Positions 51,884-60,585 of a stretch of 64,000 nucleotides of DNA are shown here, in pieces (positions within the stretch are counted from its first letter, which is position 1; each line of letters begins with the position of its first letter). Below the pieces are notes generated by a model. That model saw only the letters and a list, made by a program, of their open reading frames with translations, was not told where the DNA came from and did no database searches. The stretch is taken from assembly GCA_938084645.1 (NCBI GenBank), contig CALKEP010000027.1, positions 1 through 64,000 of the forward strand. The letters run 5' to 3'. Both the position numbers and the translations under genes were made by a program. The DNA comes from an uncultured Phycisphaerales bacterium. GTDB lineage: Bacteria > Planctomycetota > Phycisphaerae > Phycisphaerales > SM1A02.

Positions 51884-52807
51884 TCAGTTTTCGGTTCGGG
51901 CGTCGGGGACGCGGGAGAGGTGTGAGTCCCCGCGGCCGCGTGCGAGATCGATCTGTCGCTTTCGTTCCGCGAACCGGGCCTTCTGTTCATCGGTGGTCCG
52001 ACCGTGGCAGCGGGGGCAGCTCACGCCTTCGAGATACAGATCCGACGCACGGTCGGCGGCCCGGATCGGATCGCGACAGGCGCGGCAGAGCGTCGCGTCG
52101 CCGACCTCGAGTCCGTGCCCGACGGCCACCCGCTCGTCGAAGACGAAGCATTCCCCGCTCCAGAGGCTGTCCTCCTCGGGTACCCGCTCGAGGTACTTCA
52201 GAATCCCGCCTTCGAGGTGATAGACGTCGCGAATCCCACGCTGCTTCAGGAGGGCGGTGGACTTCTCGCAACGGATGCCTCCGGTGCAGAACATCGCGAC
52301 CTTCGGTTGACGAGTCACGTCGATCTGGGCATCGAGCCAGGCCGGGAGCTCGCCGAACGATTCGATTCCCGGATCGACGGCGTTCTGGAACGAGCCGATC
52401 GCGACTTCGTACTCGTTCCTCGTGTCGATCACGATCACGTCCGGATCACTGATCAACGCGTTCCAGTCCTCGGGCGCGACATACGTCCCGGTCAGGTTCG
52501 CGGGATCGATGCCCTCGATCCCCATCGTGACGATCTCTCGCTTGAGTCGGACCCGCATCTTCCGAAACGGCGGTCGATCCGTTTCCGCGTCCTTCCAGGT
52601 CAGGTCCGCGAGACGGGTGTCGGCTCGAAGATGATCGATCACCGCCATCACGTCTTCACGAGTCCCCGCGATGGTCGCGTTGATCCCTTCCGGGGCGAGC
52701 AGCACGATCCCCCGGACGTCGTGCGTCGCGCAGCATCGCTCCAGCGGATCCACCATGGAGGCGGGATCCTCGAGCGAGGTGAACTTGTAGAACGACGCGA
52801 CGAGCAT
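51884..52807 (-). CDS. trhO: tRNA U34 hydroxylase TrhO (UPF0176 rhodanese family)
   Basis: EGINAT, IDTRNEYE, FCTGGIRCEK, HLEGGILKY, GECFVFDERV. Confidence 0.93.
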   Translation of the reverse strand: MLVASFYKFTSLEDPASMVDPLERCCATHDVRGIVLLAPEGINATIAGTREDVMAVIDHLRADTRLADLTWKDAETDRPPFRKMRVRLKREIVTMGIEGIDPANLTGTYVAPEDWNALISDPDVIVIDTRNEYEVAIGSFQNAVDPGIESFGELPAWLDAQIDVTRQPKVAMFCTGGIRCEKSTALLKQRGIRDVYHLEGGILKYLERVPEEDSLWSGECFVFDERVAVGHGLEVGDATLCRACRDPIRAADRASDLYLEGVSCPRCHGRTTDEQKARFAERKRQIDLARGRGDSHLSRVPDARTEN

Positions 52808-52838
52808 CGAGCGGGTTCCGATTCGAAGGGACGTCGGA

Positions 52839-53141
52839 CTACGCGACGCCGGTCACCTTCGACGGACCCGCCAGCATCTCGAACGGCGTCGCGGAGGCGT
52901 TCACGAACGCGGGATTGCCGGCGACCGACTTGAACAGCTCGGACTGCTGGTAGTCGTGCATCGCCTTCTCGCTCTCGAAGAGGTAGACGCCCCCGTAGGT
53001 GTTGGTCGCCTCGTTGGCGAGCCACTTCTTCGAGATCAGCCCGGGAATCGCGGCGAACTCGGGGGCGACTTCGGCGCAGACCGTTTCGTACTCGGCGCGG
53101 GTGATGTCGTTGAGATTGAAGTTGATGATGAGGATGTGCAT
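52839..53141 (-). CDS. YdhR-family putative monooxygenase
   Basis: IPGLISKKWL...YGGVYLFESE. Confidence 0.8.
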   Translation of the reverse strand: MHILIINFNLNDITRAEYETVCAEVAPEFAAIPGLISKKWLANEATNTYGGVYLFESEKAMHDYQQSELFKSVAGNPAFVNASATPFEMLAGPSKVTGVA

Positions 53142-53237
53142 GGTGTCGAGGGTATCGACTCTCATCACCGCGGTACCTGAGTGGTACCCGAGACGTCGCC
53201 GGAGGCGTGTTCAGAGCCGATCGAAGCCGGGACCGGG

Positions 53238-53276
53238 CGCGATTCGGGGGGCCGAGCGGCCACCCCCCGAATCGCG
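53238..53276. terminator. Stem-loop downstream of the GH16 gene
   Basis: CGCGATTCGGGGGG...CCCCCCGAATCGCG, 14-bp stem. Confidence 0.65.
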
Positions 53277-53363
53277 TTCCTCCCACCGGTCACCCGGTTC
53301 GACACGGACGTCGCGGTCGATCCCGAGGCGTGTCGGGTGCCCCTCGTCGACGGATCGCCACCC

Positions 53364-55532
53364 TCATGGCATCGTCCAGTCGGCGAGGAGCCGGGCGAGA
53401 TCGCCACCGTCCACGAGGCCCGACCCATCGAGGTCCGCCTCCGCCAGCGCGGTGTTCCACGCGGCGAGCAGGATCGCGAGGTCGCCGCCGTCGACCCGTC
53501 CGTCGAGGTTGATGTCCGCGGTGATCGATTCGATCGGATCGATCGAGGCCGGATACTCGTCGGGTCCCGCCCATGCGAGATTCGGAACGGTCTCGTCGAC
53601 CCACTGATCACGCGGCTCGTCGAAGGGCGTGATTCGGACCCAGGCGATGTGCGCCGCGGTGGTGTCGAAGTCGGGATTGCCGGTCCAGCCGACGTCGCCC
53701 GCGTAGCCGGCGGCCGGGAACCACGTCCCGAGCCAGAACCGCGCCGCGCGGAAGGGGACGTTGCCCTGCCCGAACTCGACATCGTGAAGCTCGTCGACCA
53801 GTCGCCCGTCGAGCAGCCACCGCACCGAACCGACGTCGTCCCGGTTGATCGCTTCGTCGCCGAGATCGCTTCCCGATCGCCATTCGATCGTGAAGGTGTG
53901 ATACCGCCCGTCGAGTGCTTCGGTCGCGAGATCGAGCGGCTTGCCGAACTCGTCCGTCAGCACCTTGCGTCCCTTGTGCTCTCCACCCTCGCCGCCGAAC
54001 TGCCCGCCCCACGAATTCGTCCGGGCCTTGGTGAAGGAGAAGTTCCCGGTGTCGGAACCCGCGAGGTCGGTCGGGAACTCCCAGTCGATCTCGGTGTTTC
54101 GCCGCGGATTGGGCTCGTGCCAGTACTCCGCCTCGCCCATGCGGTGGTCGATGTAGTGGAAGGGCCAGAAGGCGGTGCAGGTTCCGTACTCGGGGGCGAC
54201 GCGGGCCCGGACCTCGTACCGACCGGAGGCGTAGTAGTCCCGGGTCGCGATGGCGGCACCGACCCGGGTGCGACGGCCGTTGTGTTCGAGGTCGCCGGAG
54301 TAGAGGTCGCCATGGGCTTCGAGGCGGAGCGCGATGATCGGCTCGCCGTCGTCGAAGTCCTCGACCAGGATGACGTTGTCGGGTGCGACCCCGCCGTTGT
54401 CACCGCCCCAGGCCTTCCCGGAGATCAACCAACGGTCGGGATCGAGCGTGCCATCGGAGAAGTCGTCGAAGAAGACTTCGGAAGTCCGTGCGGGCGGTGA
54501 TTCGACGGTCGGTGACCATTCATCGCCCCGGGCGGTGAACCGGACATCCCGGAACCACGCGGACCCGGGTTGGTTCTTCCAGTTCTCGAGGGTCAGCTTT
54601 CCCTGCCGGAGCCATCGGTCGCCGGTCTGGATGTCGAGCTCGATCGTCTGCCAGTCGGTGTTCGTGAACGAGCGGGTGACCAGGAACTCGTCCGCGCCCG
54701 TGAAGTAGACCGTCCCGACGACATCCGGATCGGTTCGAACGTCCACGGAGATGGTCCACTCGCCGTCGGGTGGAAGCAGCAGTTCCAGCGGCTGGGACGT
54801 TCTCGACGTGTCGGCGGTCGACAGGAGCCGGAGGGTCGGCACCGCGTCGACGGTCTCGATCGTCGCGTTGAGTCCCAACGCCCACGCCCCGCCGTCGGGA
54901 TCGTCGAAGCCCGGATTGCGCAACAGCGAGTCGCCCGCGTCGGGCACGATCGTGATCACGGGGGCCTCCGCCCACGGCGGCTCGCCGGGGTCCGCTTCCG
55001 GTGGTGGCTGCCGGCCTTCCCAGGCCCGTACCGAATCGAATTCGACGACGGCGTCCCGGTCGGTCTGCCAACCCTGAAGGTACACCTCGAACGCCGTGGC
55101 GTCGTCGTCGACGTGGACTTCGAACCGACGTTCGAGCCATCGGTTCTCGTCGTCGATCGCGACCCAGCCGTGCGCCTTGCCGATCTGGGCGCCGTTTCGG
55201 ACGCCGAGGATCGGAGGTACCAGTCGATCCGTGGTCCGGATGCGGGCGGCGATCGTGTAGCGACCGCGGGGGGTGAGATCCTCGATCCACTGGGAGACCT
55301 CCGCGGTCTGACCGGATCCGGGTTCGAGCCGCGCCGCATTCGAGCCCTCGTGGGCGTCGTTCCCGATCGAGACCGGACCCGTGGTCGCCCACCCTTCGAA
55401 TCCCGATTCGAAGGAACCGTTCTCAAGCAGGTTCTCCGCGGCCCGGGCTCCGCCGACCGTGGTCGCGAGGGTGATCAATAGGGCCATTCCCGCCCCGCGG
55501 GGGGTGGACGTCGTCTCCATTCTTCGCTGCAT
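53364..55532 (-). CDS. Secreted GH16 glycoside hydrolase with two CBM4/9-like domains and dockerin-like tail
   Basis: NLLENGSFE and LLRNPGFD modules, FFDDF, SGRYEVRA, EIDWE catalytic motif, DINLDGRVDGGDL tail. Confidence 0.82.
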   Translation of the reverse strand: MQRRMETTSTPRGAGMALLITLATTVGGARAAENLLENGSFESGFEGWATTGPVSIGNDAHEGSNAARLEPGSGQTAEVSQWIEDLTPRGRYTIAARIRTTDRLVPPILGVRNGAQIGKAHGWVAIDDENRWLERRFEVHVDDDATAFEVYLQGWQTDRDAVVEFDSVRAWEGRQPPPEADPGEPPWAEAPVITIVPDAGDSLLRNPGFDDPDGGAWALGLNATIETVDAVPTLRLLSTADTSRTSQPLELLLPPDGEWTISVDVRTDPDVVGTVYFTGADEFLVTRSFTNTDWQTIELDIQTGDRWLRQGKLTLENWKNQPGSAWFRDVRFTARGDEWSPTVESPPARTSEVFFDDFSDGTLDPDRWLISGKAWGGDNGGVAPDNVILVEDFDDGEPIIALRLEAHGDLYSGDLEHNGRRTRVGAAIATRDYYASGRYEVRARVAPEYGTCTAFWPFHYIDHRMGEAEYWHEPNPRRNTEIDWEFPTDLAGSDTGNFSFTKARTNSWGGQFGGEGGEHKGRKVLTDEFGKPLDLATEALDGRYHTFTIEWRSGSDLGDEAINRDDVGSVRWLLDGRLVDELHDVEFGQGNVPFRAARFWLGTWFPAAGYAGDVGWTGNPDFDTTAAHIAWVRITPFDEPRDQWVDETVPNLAWAGPDEYPASIDPIESITADINLDGRVDGGDLAILLAAWNTALAEADLDGSGLVDGGDLARLLADWTMP

Positions 55533-55773
55533 GTCGTTGCTCCTCCGACGCCGTCCATCGCTCGCATGGGCCGAGCCCGAATCGGTCGTCGCTGATGCCC
55601 CGCGGCGGGATACGAGGATCCGGCACGGACGGTTCGCCGCTCGTCTTCAAATTGAAGAACATGCGCCGCGGAGGAGAGGATTGCCGCGCGATCGGCACTG
55701 GTGATGAAGGGTGGGAGCGTTCCTTGCCGAGTGATGATCATCGTTCGTCGGCCGGAATGCCGGAATAATGAGG

Positions 55774-55803
55774 CGACGACCCCGGCCGGAGCCGGGGTCG
55801 TCG
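55774..55803. terminator. Stem-loop downstream of the beta-helix gene
   Basis: CGACGACCCCGGC-CGGA-GCCGGGGTCGTCG. Confidence 0.65.
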
Positions 55804-55852
55804 TCGATCTCCATGTCCAGCCGCGATGACGCGGGCCGGTGATCATCCGAGT

Positions 55853-56785
55853 TCACTCGGACCAGGCGGCGAGCATCAGGCCGAGATCCGCACCGCCGAC
55901 GACGTCGTCGCCGTTCAGGTCGCCGAGGCCCGGCTGTCCCCAGTTCGCGAGCAGGAGTCCGAGGTCGGCGCCGTTCACGGCGTTGTCGCCGTTGAGGTCC
56001 GCCGGGCTCACCGGCAGGCAGTCGCACGATTCCTCGATGCAGCCGGTGATGATGGTCACCTGCCCGTAGCCCTGTGGGGAGTGGAGGCCCGCATCGTTCC
56101 CGCAGATGCGACTGCCGACGAGCACGACCGAGTTCTGGGCGAAGCCGCCTCCGGCGTTCTGGGCCCAGTTACCGCTGACGTCGGTGTCGACGAGCGTCAC
56201 GACCCCCCCGAAGATGGCACCGCCGTCACCCAGGGACTCAAAGACCGGATGCGCCGCCGTGTTGCCGGTGATCTCGCATCCGCTGAGCGTGACATTCGTG
56301 CCGCCGTGGTGCAGGTACATGCCACCACCATGAATGTTCGCGTGATTGCCGGTGATCCGGCAGTTCTCGAACGTGGTCTCTCCATGCCGGATGACCACGC
56401 CCCCGCCGTACTCGCCGAAACCACCGGTGATCACGACGTTCTCGACTCGAAGGGTCGAGTCCGGAAGCAGGATGGCACCGAAGGTGACGAAGTCTCCCTG
56501 GCCGTCGAGAATCGTCGCCGGTCGGCCCTTGCCGTCCACGGCGCCGCGAATCTCGACGCTCGGTCCGTAGATGGAAACGGGATTCTCGAGCAGGTAGGTG
56601 CCCGCCGCGATCTCGATGACGTCTCCATCCTGGGCCGCCTGGGAGGCCGCCGCGGGATCCGTGAAGTCGCAGGAGCCGTCGGGGCAGACCGTGATGGTGT
56701 CGGCCGCGGCCGCCATCGTGATCCCGAAGGCGAGTGTCATCGTCGATGCGAACGATCTGATCGTGAACGTGTCAGGCGTGCTCAT
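55853..56785 (-). CDS. Secreted right-handed beta-helix (pectin-lyase-like/Pmp-repeat) protein with dockerin-like tail
   Basis: GDVIEIAAGTY, repeated GGG/GN-A motifs, DLNGDNAVNGADLGLLLANWG. Confidence 0.8.
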   Translation of the reverse strand: MSTPDTFTIRSFASTMTLAFGITMAAAADTITVCPDGSCDFTDPAAASQAAQDGDVIEIAAGTYLLENPVSIYGPSVEIRGAVDGKGRPATILDGQGDFVTFGAILLPDSTLRVENVVITGGFGEYGGGVVIRHGETTFENCRITGNHANIHGGGMYLHHGGTNVTLSGCEITGNTAAHPVFESLGDGGAIFGGVVTLVDTDVSGNWAQNAGGGFAQNSVVLVGSRICGNDAGLHSPQGYGQVTIITGCIEESCDCLPVSPADLNGDNAVNGADLGLLLANWGQPGLGDLNGDDVVGGADLGLMLAAWSE

Positions 56786-57221
56786 TTTCCAAACCCCATT
56801 GAAGTGTGGTCGTCATGACCGTGTTTCCTGTCCGACCCGCATCCCCGGGGGACGTCGGCGATCTCGTTCGCCGAGGCGGCGTGAAGGGTTCCGCCCCACC
56901 GAAGAATCCTCCGAAGGAACTCGGATCCCACCAGGACGCTCGCCCTCGTCGCCTTTGCAAAACTAGCATGGATCTTCGGTGAAGCTCTTTTCGCCGCCGA
57001 GGTTCGAAGGGAATCGGTTCGAGACCGCGCAGTTCGCGGACGACTTCACCGATTGGCGGTACGGGATCCGGAAAAAGTCCCCCGGATTCATCCCGGTCGA
57101 TCGCGGTGAGCACCGAATTCGAGGGATCTCGTACTCCGAGGAGGGTACGCTCGTCGGTCCCGGCATCCGGTTCCCGGCCCCGATTCCCACGCCATCGTCT
57201 CGCTCGTGCGATGATCCGGCC

Positions 57222-58109
57222 ATGACCGTATCGATGACGTTGGATGCCGCGGACCCGGGGGTGCTCGAACTTCTCACCGAGTCCGCGACGATGCGGACCT
57301 GGGAGTTCATTCGCAACACGAACGCCACCACGACGATTTCGGACATCGCGTCCGTGACGGGCCTGGCGTCCTCGGAACTCCATCGCCAGGTGGATGCGCT
57401 CGTCGCGATGGGTCTGCTCCGCGTGATTCGCGTTCGGAAGCCGCGGCGTGAAACCGGATATCGCGCGACCTGTGAACAGATCGTCGTCGCGTTCGACGAT
57501 CATGACGAAGAGGTCGTGGCGAGGCTCATCGCGATCGGCGATGTGATCAAGGGAGACTACGACCAGGCCGTCGAGCAGCACGCCGATCCCGAGTTTCATT
57601 CGAAGGCGGGGTTCCGATTCCAGATGTCCGGCACCTATCGCCTCTCGAAGGAGGAACTCGCGGAACTCCGGCGGCGGGTGCTCGCGGTGGTTTCGTTCCT
57701 CGACATGCCGAGGAACACCGGCAAGGTGGTGGACGGGGATCCGGACGGGAGCGCCGTCGGCTGCAATCAGGCGATCCGCATCACCCTCGATCCGCTGGTC
57801 GGCGGTCTGCTGCCGTCTCCGACGATCATCACCTCGCCCCGATCGAAGGTCGGGGACTGGGATGGAACCGCCGCCGACTCCGCGGGTCTGCCCGCGCTCA
57901 CCGCCCGGGAGCGTGAGGTGGCGCTGGCGCTCGCGGACGGACTGACGCGGGCTCAGGTCGCGGATCGACTGCGGGTGTCGGTGCACACCGTGTCCACCCT
58001 CGCCCGCCGGGCGTACAAGAAACTCGGGGTCACGAGCCAGGCCGAACTGACGGCGCGCCTGACGGGACACGACCGCAAGGTGCCCGGGGAGGATCAGGGC
58101 GTGGAATGA
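57222..58109 (+). CDS. Transcriptional regulator, N-terminal winged HTH + C-terminal LuxR HTH
   Basis: TTISDIASVTG...LVAMGLL; LTAREREVALALADG...YKKLGVTS. Confidence 0.85.
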   Translation: MTVSMTLDAADPGVLELLTESATMRTWEFIRNTNATTTISDIASVTGLASSELHRQVDALVAMGLLRVIRVRKPRRETGYRATCEQIVVAFDDHDEEVVARLIAIGDVIKGDYDQAVEQHADPEFHSKAGFRFQMSGTYRLSKEELAELRRRVLAVVSFLDMPRNTGKVVDGDPDGSAVGCNQAIRITLDPLVGGLLPSPTIITSPRSKVGDWDGTAADSAGLPALTAREREVALALADGLTRAQVADRLRVSVHTVSTLARRAYKKLGVTSQAELTARLTGHDRKVPGEDQGVE

Positions 58110-58153
58110 CGTCGGTTCGGAAGGGAAGTACGATCCGGGCTGGAGAAAAACAC

Positions 58154-58642
58154 ATGCTCGAACACCTGCTCTTCGTCTACGACTTCAATCTCAAGCACCT
58201 CCGCTACTTCGTCGAGGATCTGACGCCGGATCAATGCGTCCAGCAGCCGAATGGACTCATCAACCATCCCGCGTGGCAGATCGGACACCTCGCCCTCGCC
58301 GCGGACCTCGCCGCATTCGAGCTCGGGGCCGATCAGACGTTTCCCCCGGAGTGGGCCGAACGGTTCTTCCCTGGCGCGCCGATCACCGCGGAGGTCGCCG
58401 ACTATCCGTCGATGACCGAGCTTCTCGATCAGCTGGCGGCACAGCATGCACGAGTCGCCGCGCTGCTTCCGAACGCGACCGAGGCCCAGCTCGCGGCACC
58501 CTGCCGGATGGAGATGCTGCATCGCCGCTTCTCCAGCGTCGGTGACTTCATCGCCTACATCATGACCGGGCACGAGGGCGTGCACGTCGGCCAGCTCGCC
58601 TGCTGGCGGAGGGAGATGGGCATCCCCCGCGAGGATCTCTGA
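58154..58642 (+). CDS. DinB family protein
   Basis: NHPAWQIGHL, HEGVHVGQL; alternative start at 58106. Confidence 0.85.
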   Translation: MLEHLLFVYDFNLKHLRYFVEDLTPDQCVQQPNGLINHPAWQIGHLALAADLAAFELGADQTFPPEWAERFFPGAPITAEVADYPSMTELLDQLAAQHARVAALLPNATEAQLAAPCRMEMLHRRFSSVGDFIAYIMTGHEGVHVGQLACWRREMGIPREDL

Positions 58643-58984
58643 GTCGCGGTCGTCTGCTTCATTCCGGTGATCTTCGTCCACTCGGTCGGATGGGCGGTGG
58701 CGTTCATCTCGCTGGCGATCGGATTCTCGATGGCGCCGAACAGCCCGTGCTACTCGATCTGCGCCGACCTCTTCCGGGGACGGACGGGGCTCGCCACCGG
58801 CATGATCGTGACCTTCTTCTCGCTTTCGGGGGTGCTCTGCCCGGTGATCACCGGGTGGCTCGCGGAAGCGGGTGGTGGGTTCGTCGCGGCGTTCACCGCG
58901 CTCTGCGTGGTGGTCGGGAGCGGCGTGCTGGGGATGCTGGTCTTCGCGAGCGGGCGACCGCCGATCGAGGTGGATCGGATCTGA
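58643..58984 (+). pseudogene. C-terminal remnant of an MFS transporter
   Basis: Last ~4 TM helices (ADLF...TGLATG...VLCPVITGWL...F..AF); no N-terminal half; begins in frame right after the DinB stop. Confidence 0.6.
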
Positions 58985-59070
58985 GCGTCTTCCGAGCGTC
59001 TATGGTGGGGGGGTCGCCTTCGTCCCGCGACGCTTCGCACCTTCCTACTTCGGTGATGGAGACGAATCCG

Positions 59071-60090
59071 ATGAGCGAACGCACCGAACCGGGCCGGCGG
59101 GAACCGGCATGTCCCAGCCGACGCGCGTTTCTCGGGACCGCCGCGGTCGCGTCCGTGGCGTTCGCCCTGCCGCAGCGGTCGACGGCGTCGGTCCGGCGTC
59201 TCGCGGCGCCGGTCCGACTCGGGGTGATCACCGATCTGCATCACGACATCATGCACGACGGCGAGGCTCGCCTCGACGCATTCCTCGCGTCGATGTCGAA
59301 GCGTCCGCCGGATGCGATCGTCCAGCTCGGCGACTTTGCCTATCCGATCCCCGAGAACGAATCCGTCATCCGTCGGTTCAACGAGGCGCATCCTCGGTCG
59401 CTGCACGTCATCGGCAACCATGATCTCGACAAGGGCGTGACGAAGGCGCAGTGCGTGGAGCGGTTCGGGATGCCCGGTCGTCACTACGCGACGGATATCG
59501 GAGGCATCCGCCTGCTGGTCCTTGATGGAAACGACCGCGGCTCGCCTTCCGGCCGGGGGGGGTACCCCTCGTACGTCGGGCCCGAACAGATCGCGTGGTT
59601 GAAGGCGCAGCTCGCGTCGGGCGAGGGCCCGGTCGTCGTGGCGTGCCATCAACCGCTCGCCGGCGCGTACGCGGTCGACAACGCGGAGGAGGTCCAGGGA
59701 ATCCTCGGCGACGCCGCCGATCGCGTGATCCTGGCGATCAACGGGCATTCGCACGTCGACCAACTGGTCCGGGTCGCGGGCGTCACCCATCTCCACGTCA
59801 ACTCGGCGTCCTACCAGTGGGTCGGTGGGGATCACCGGCACGCGAGCTATCCGGCGGACGTCCACGAGCAGCATCCCTGGATCTCGTGCACCTGTCCGTA
59901 CCGCGACTGCCTCTTCGCCCGCATCACGATCGATCCCGGGGATCTCGAGATCCGGGTCGAGGGCGTCGGCAGCGAATGGGTGGGCCCATCGCCGGCTCAA
60001 CTCGGCGTCGATCTCCATCAGTCCCTCACCAACGGCGAGGAGATCGCGCCGCGGATCCGCGATCGGCGGATCAGCAGCATCCGGCGATGA
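59071..60090 (+). CDS. Tat-exported calcineurin-like metallophosphoesterase
   Basis: SRRAFL, DLH, LGDF, GNHD, HQP, GHSH. Confidence 0.88.
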   Translation: MSERTEPGRREPACPSRRAFLGTAAVASVAFALPQRSTASVRRLAAPVRLGVITDLHHDIMHDGEARLDAFLASMSKRPPDAIVQLGDFAYPIPENESVIRRFNEAHPRSLHVIGNHDLDKGVTKAQCVERFGMPGRHYATDIGGIRLLVLDGNDRGSPSGRGGYPSYVGPEQIAWLKAQLASGEGPVVVACHQPLAGAYAVDNAEEVQGILGDAADRVILAINGHSHVDQLVRVAGVTHLHVNSASYQWVGGDHRHASYPADVHEQHPWISCTCPYRDCLFARITIDPGDLEIRVEGVGSEWVGPSPAQLGVDLHQSLTNGEEIAPRIRDRRISSIRR

Positions 60091-60200
60091 TCACCGGTTC
60101 GATTCGCGGCCGACCCGAACGTCGGCGAGCACGTAGGCTTGCATCTTCCACCGCGGTTCGATCGACGATCGCCGCCATCGAATCAACGAAAGGAACGACC

Positions 60201-60566
60201 ATGAGCGACGTCGACCAGATCCACGACTGCGTCGAGCGGTACTACACGAGCCTCCGCGGCTCGGACTCCGCGATGGTCCGCGAGGTCTTTCATGGCAACG
60301 CGAAGATCGCGGGCTATCTGCCGGACGGACTCCACGAGATGAGCGTCGACGACTTCGCGGGATTCGTCGAGGCCCAGCAGCCGTCGCCCGACGCGTCGGA
60401 TGCCCCGCGGATGCTGGAGATCCTCGCCTGCGAGGTCGCGGGCGAGACCGCGGCCGTGCGCCTGCGCGAGTCCTATCTCGGGATGACCTTCCTCGACACC
60501 TTCTCGATGCTTCGGGTCGACGGTCGTTGGACGATCTACAACAAGCTCTTCCACGTCGAATCCTGA
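60201..60566 (+). CDS. NTF2-like (lumazine-binding-type) protein
   Basis: AAAGGA RBS; FH..A...GETAAVR...FLDTFSMLRVDGRWTIYNKLF. Confidence 0.8.
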   Translation: MSDVDQIHDCVERYYTSLRGSDSAMVREVFHGNAKIAGYLPDGLHEMSVDDFAGFVEAQQPSPDASDAPRMLEILACEVAGETAAVRLRESYLGMTFLDTFSMLRVDGRWTIYNKLFHVES

Positions 60567-60585
60567 ATTCGTCGAGGCCGGGTGA

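Noticed and set aside
56979..57221. N-terminal extension of the second regulator, and similar extensions at 38511, 46880, 58690, 59595 and 62081
   Set aside because: Non-protein-like upstream open frames; downstream starts match the paralog or family N-termini and RBS positions
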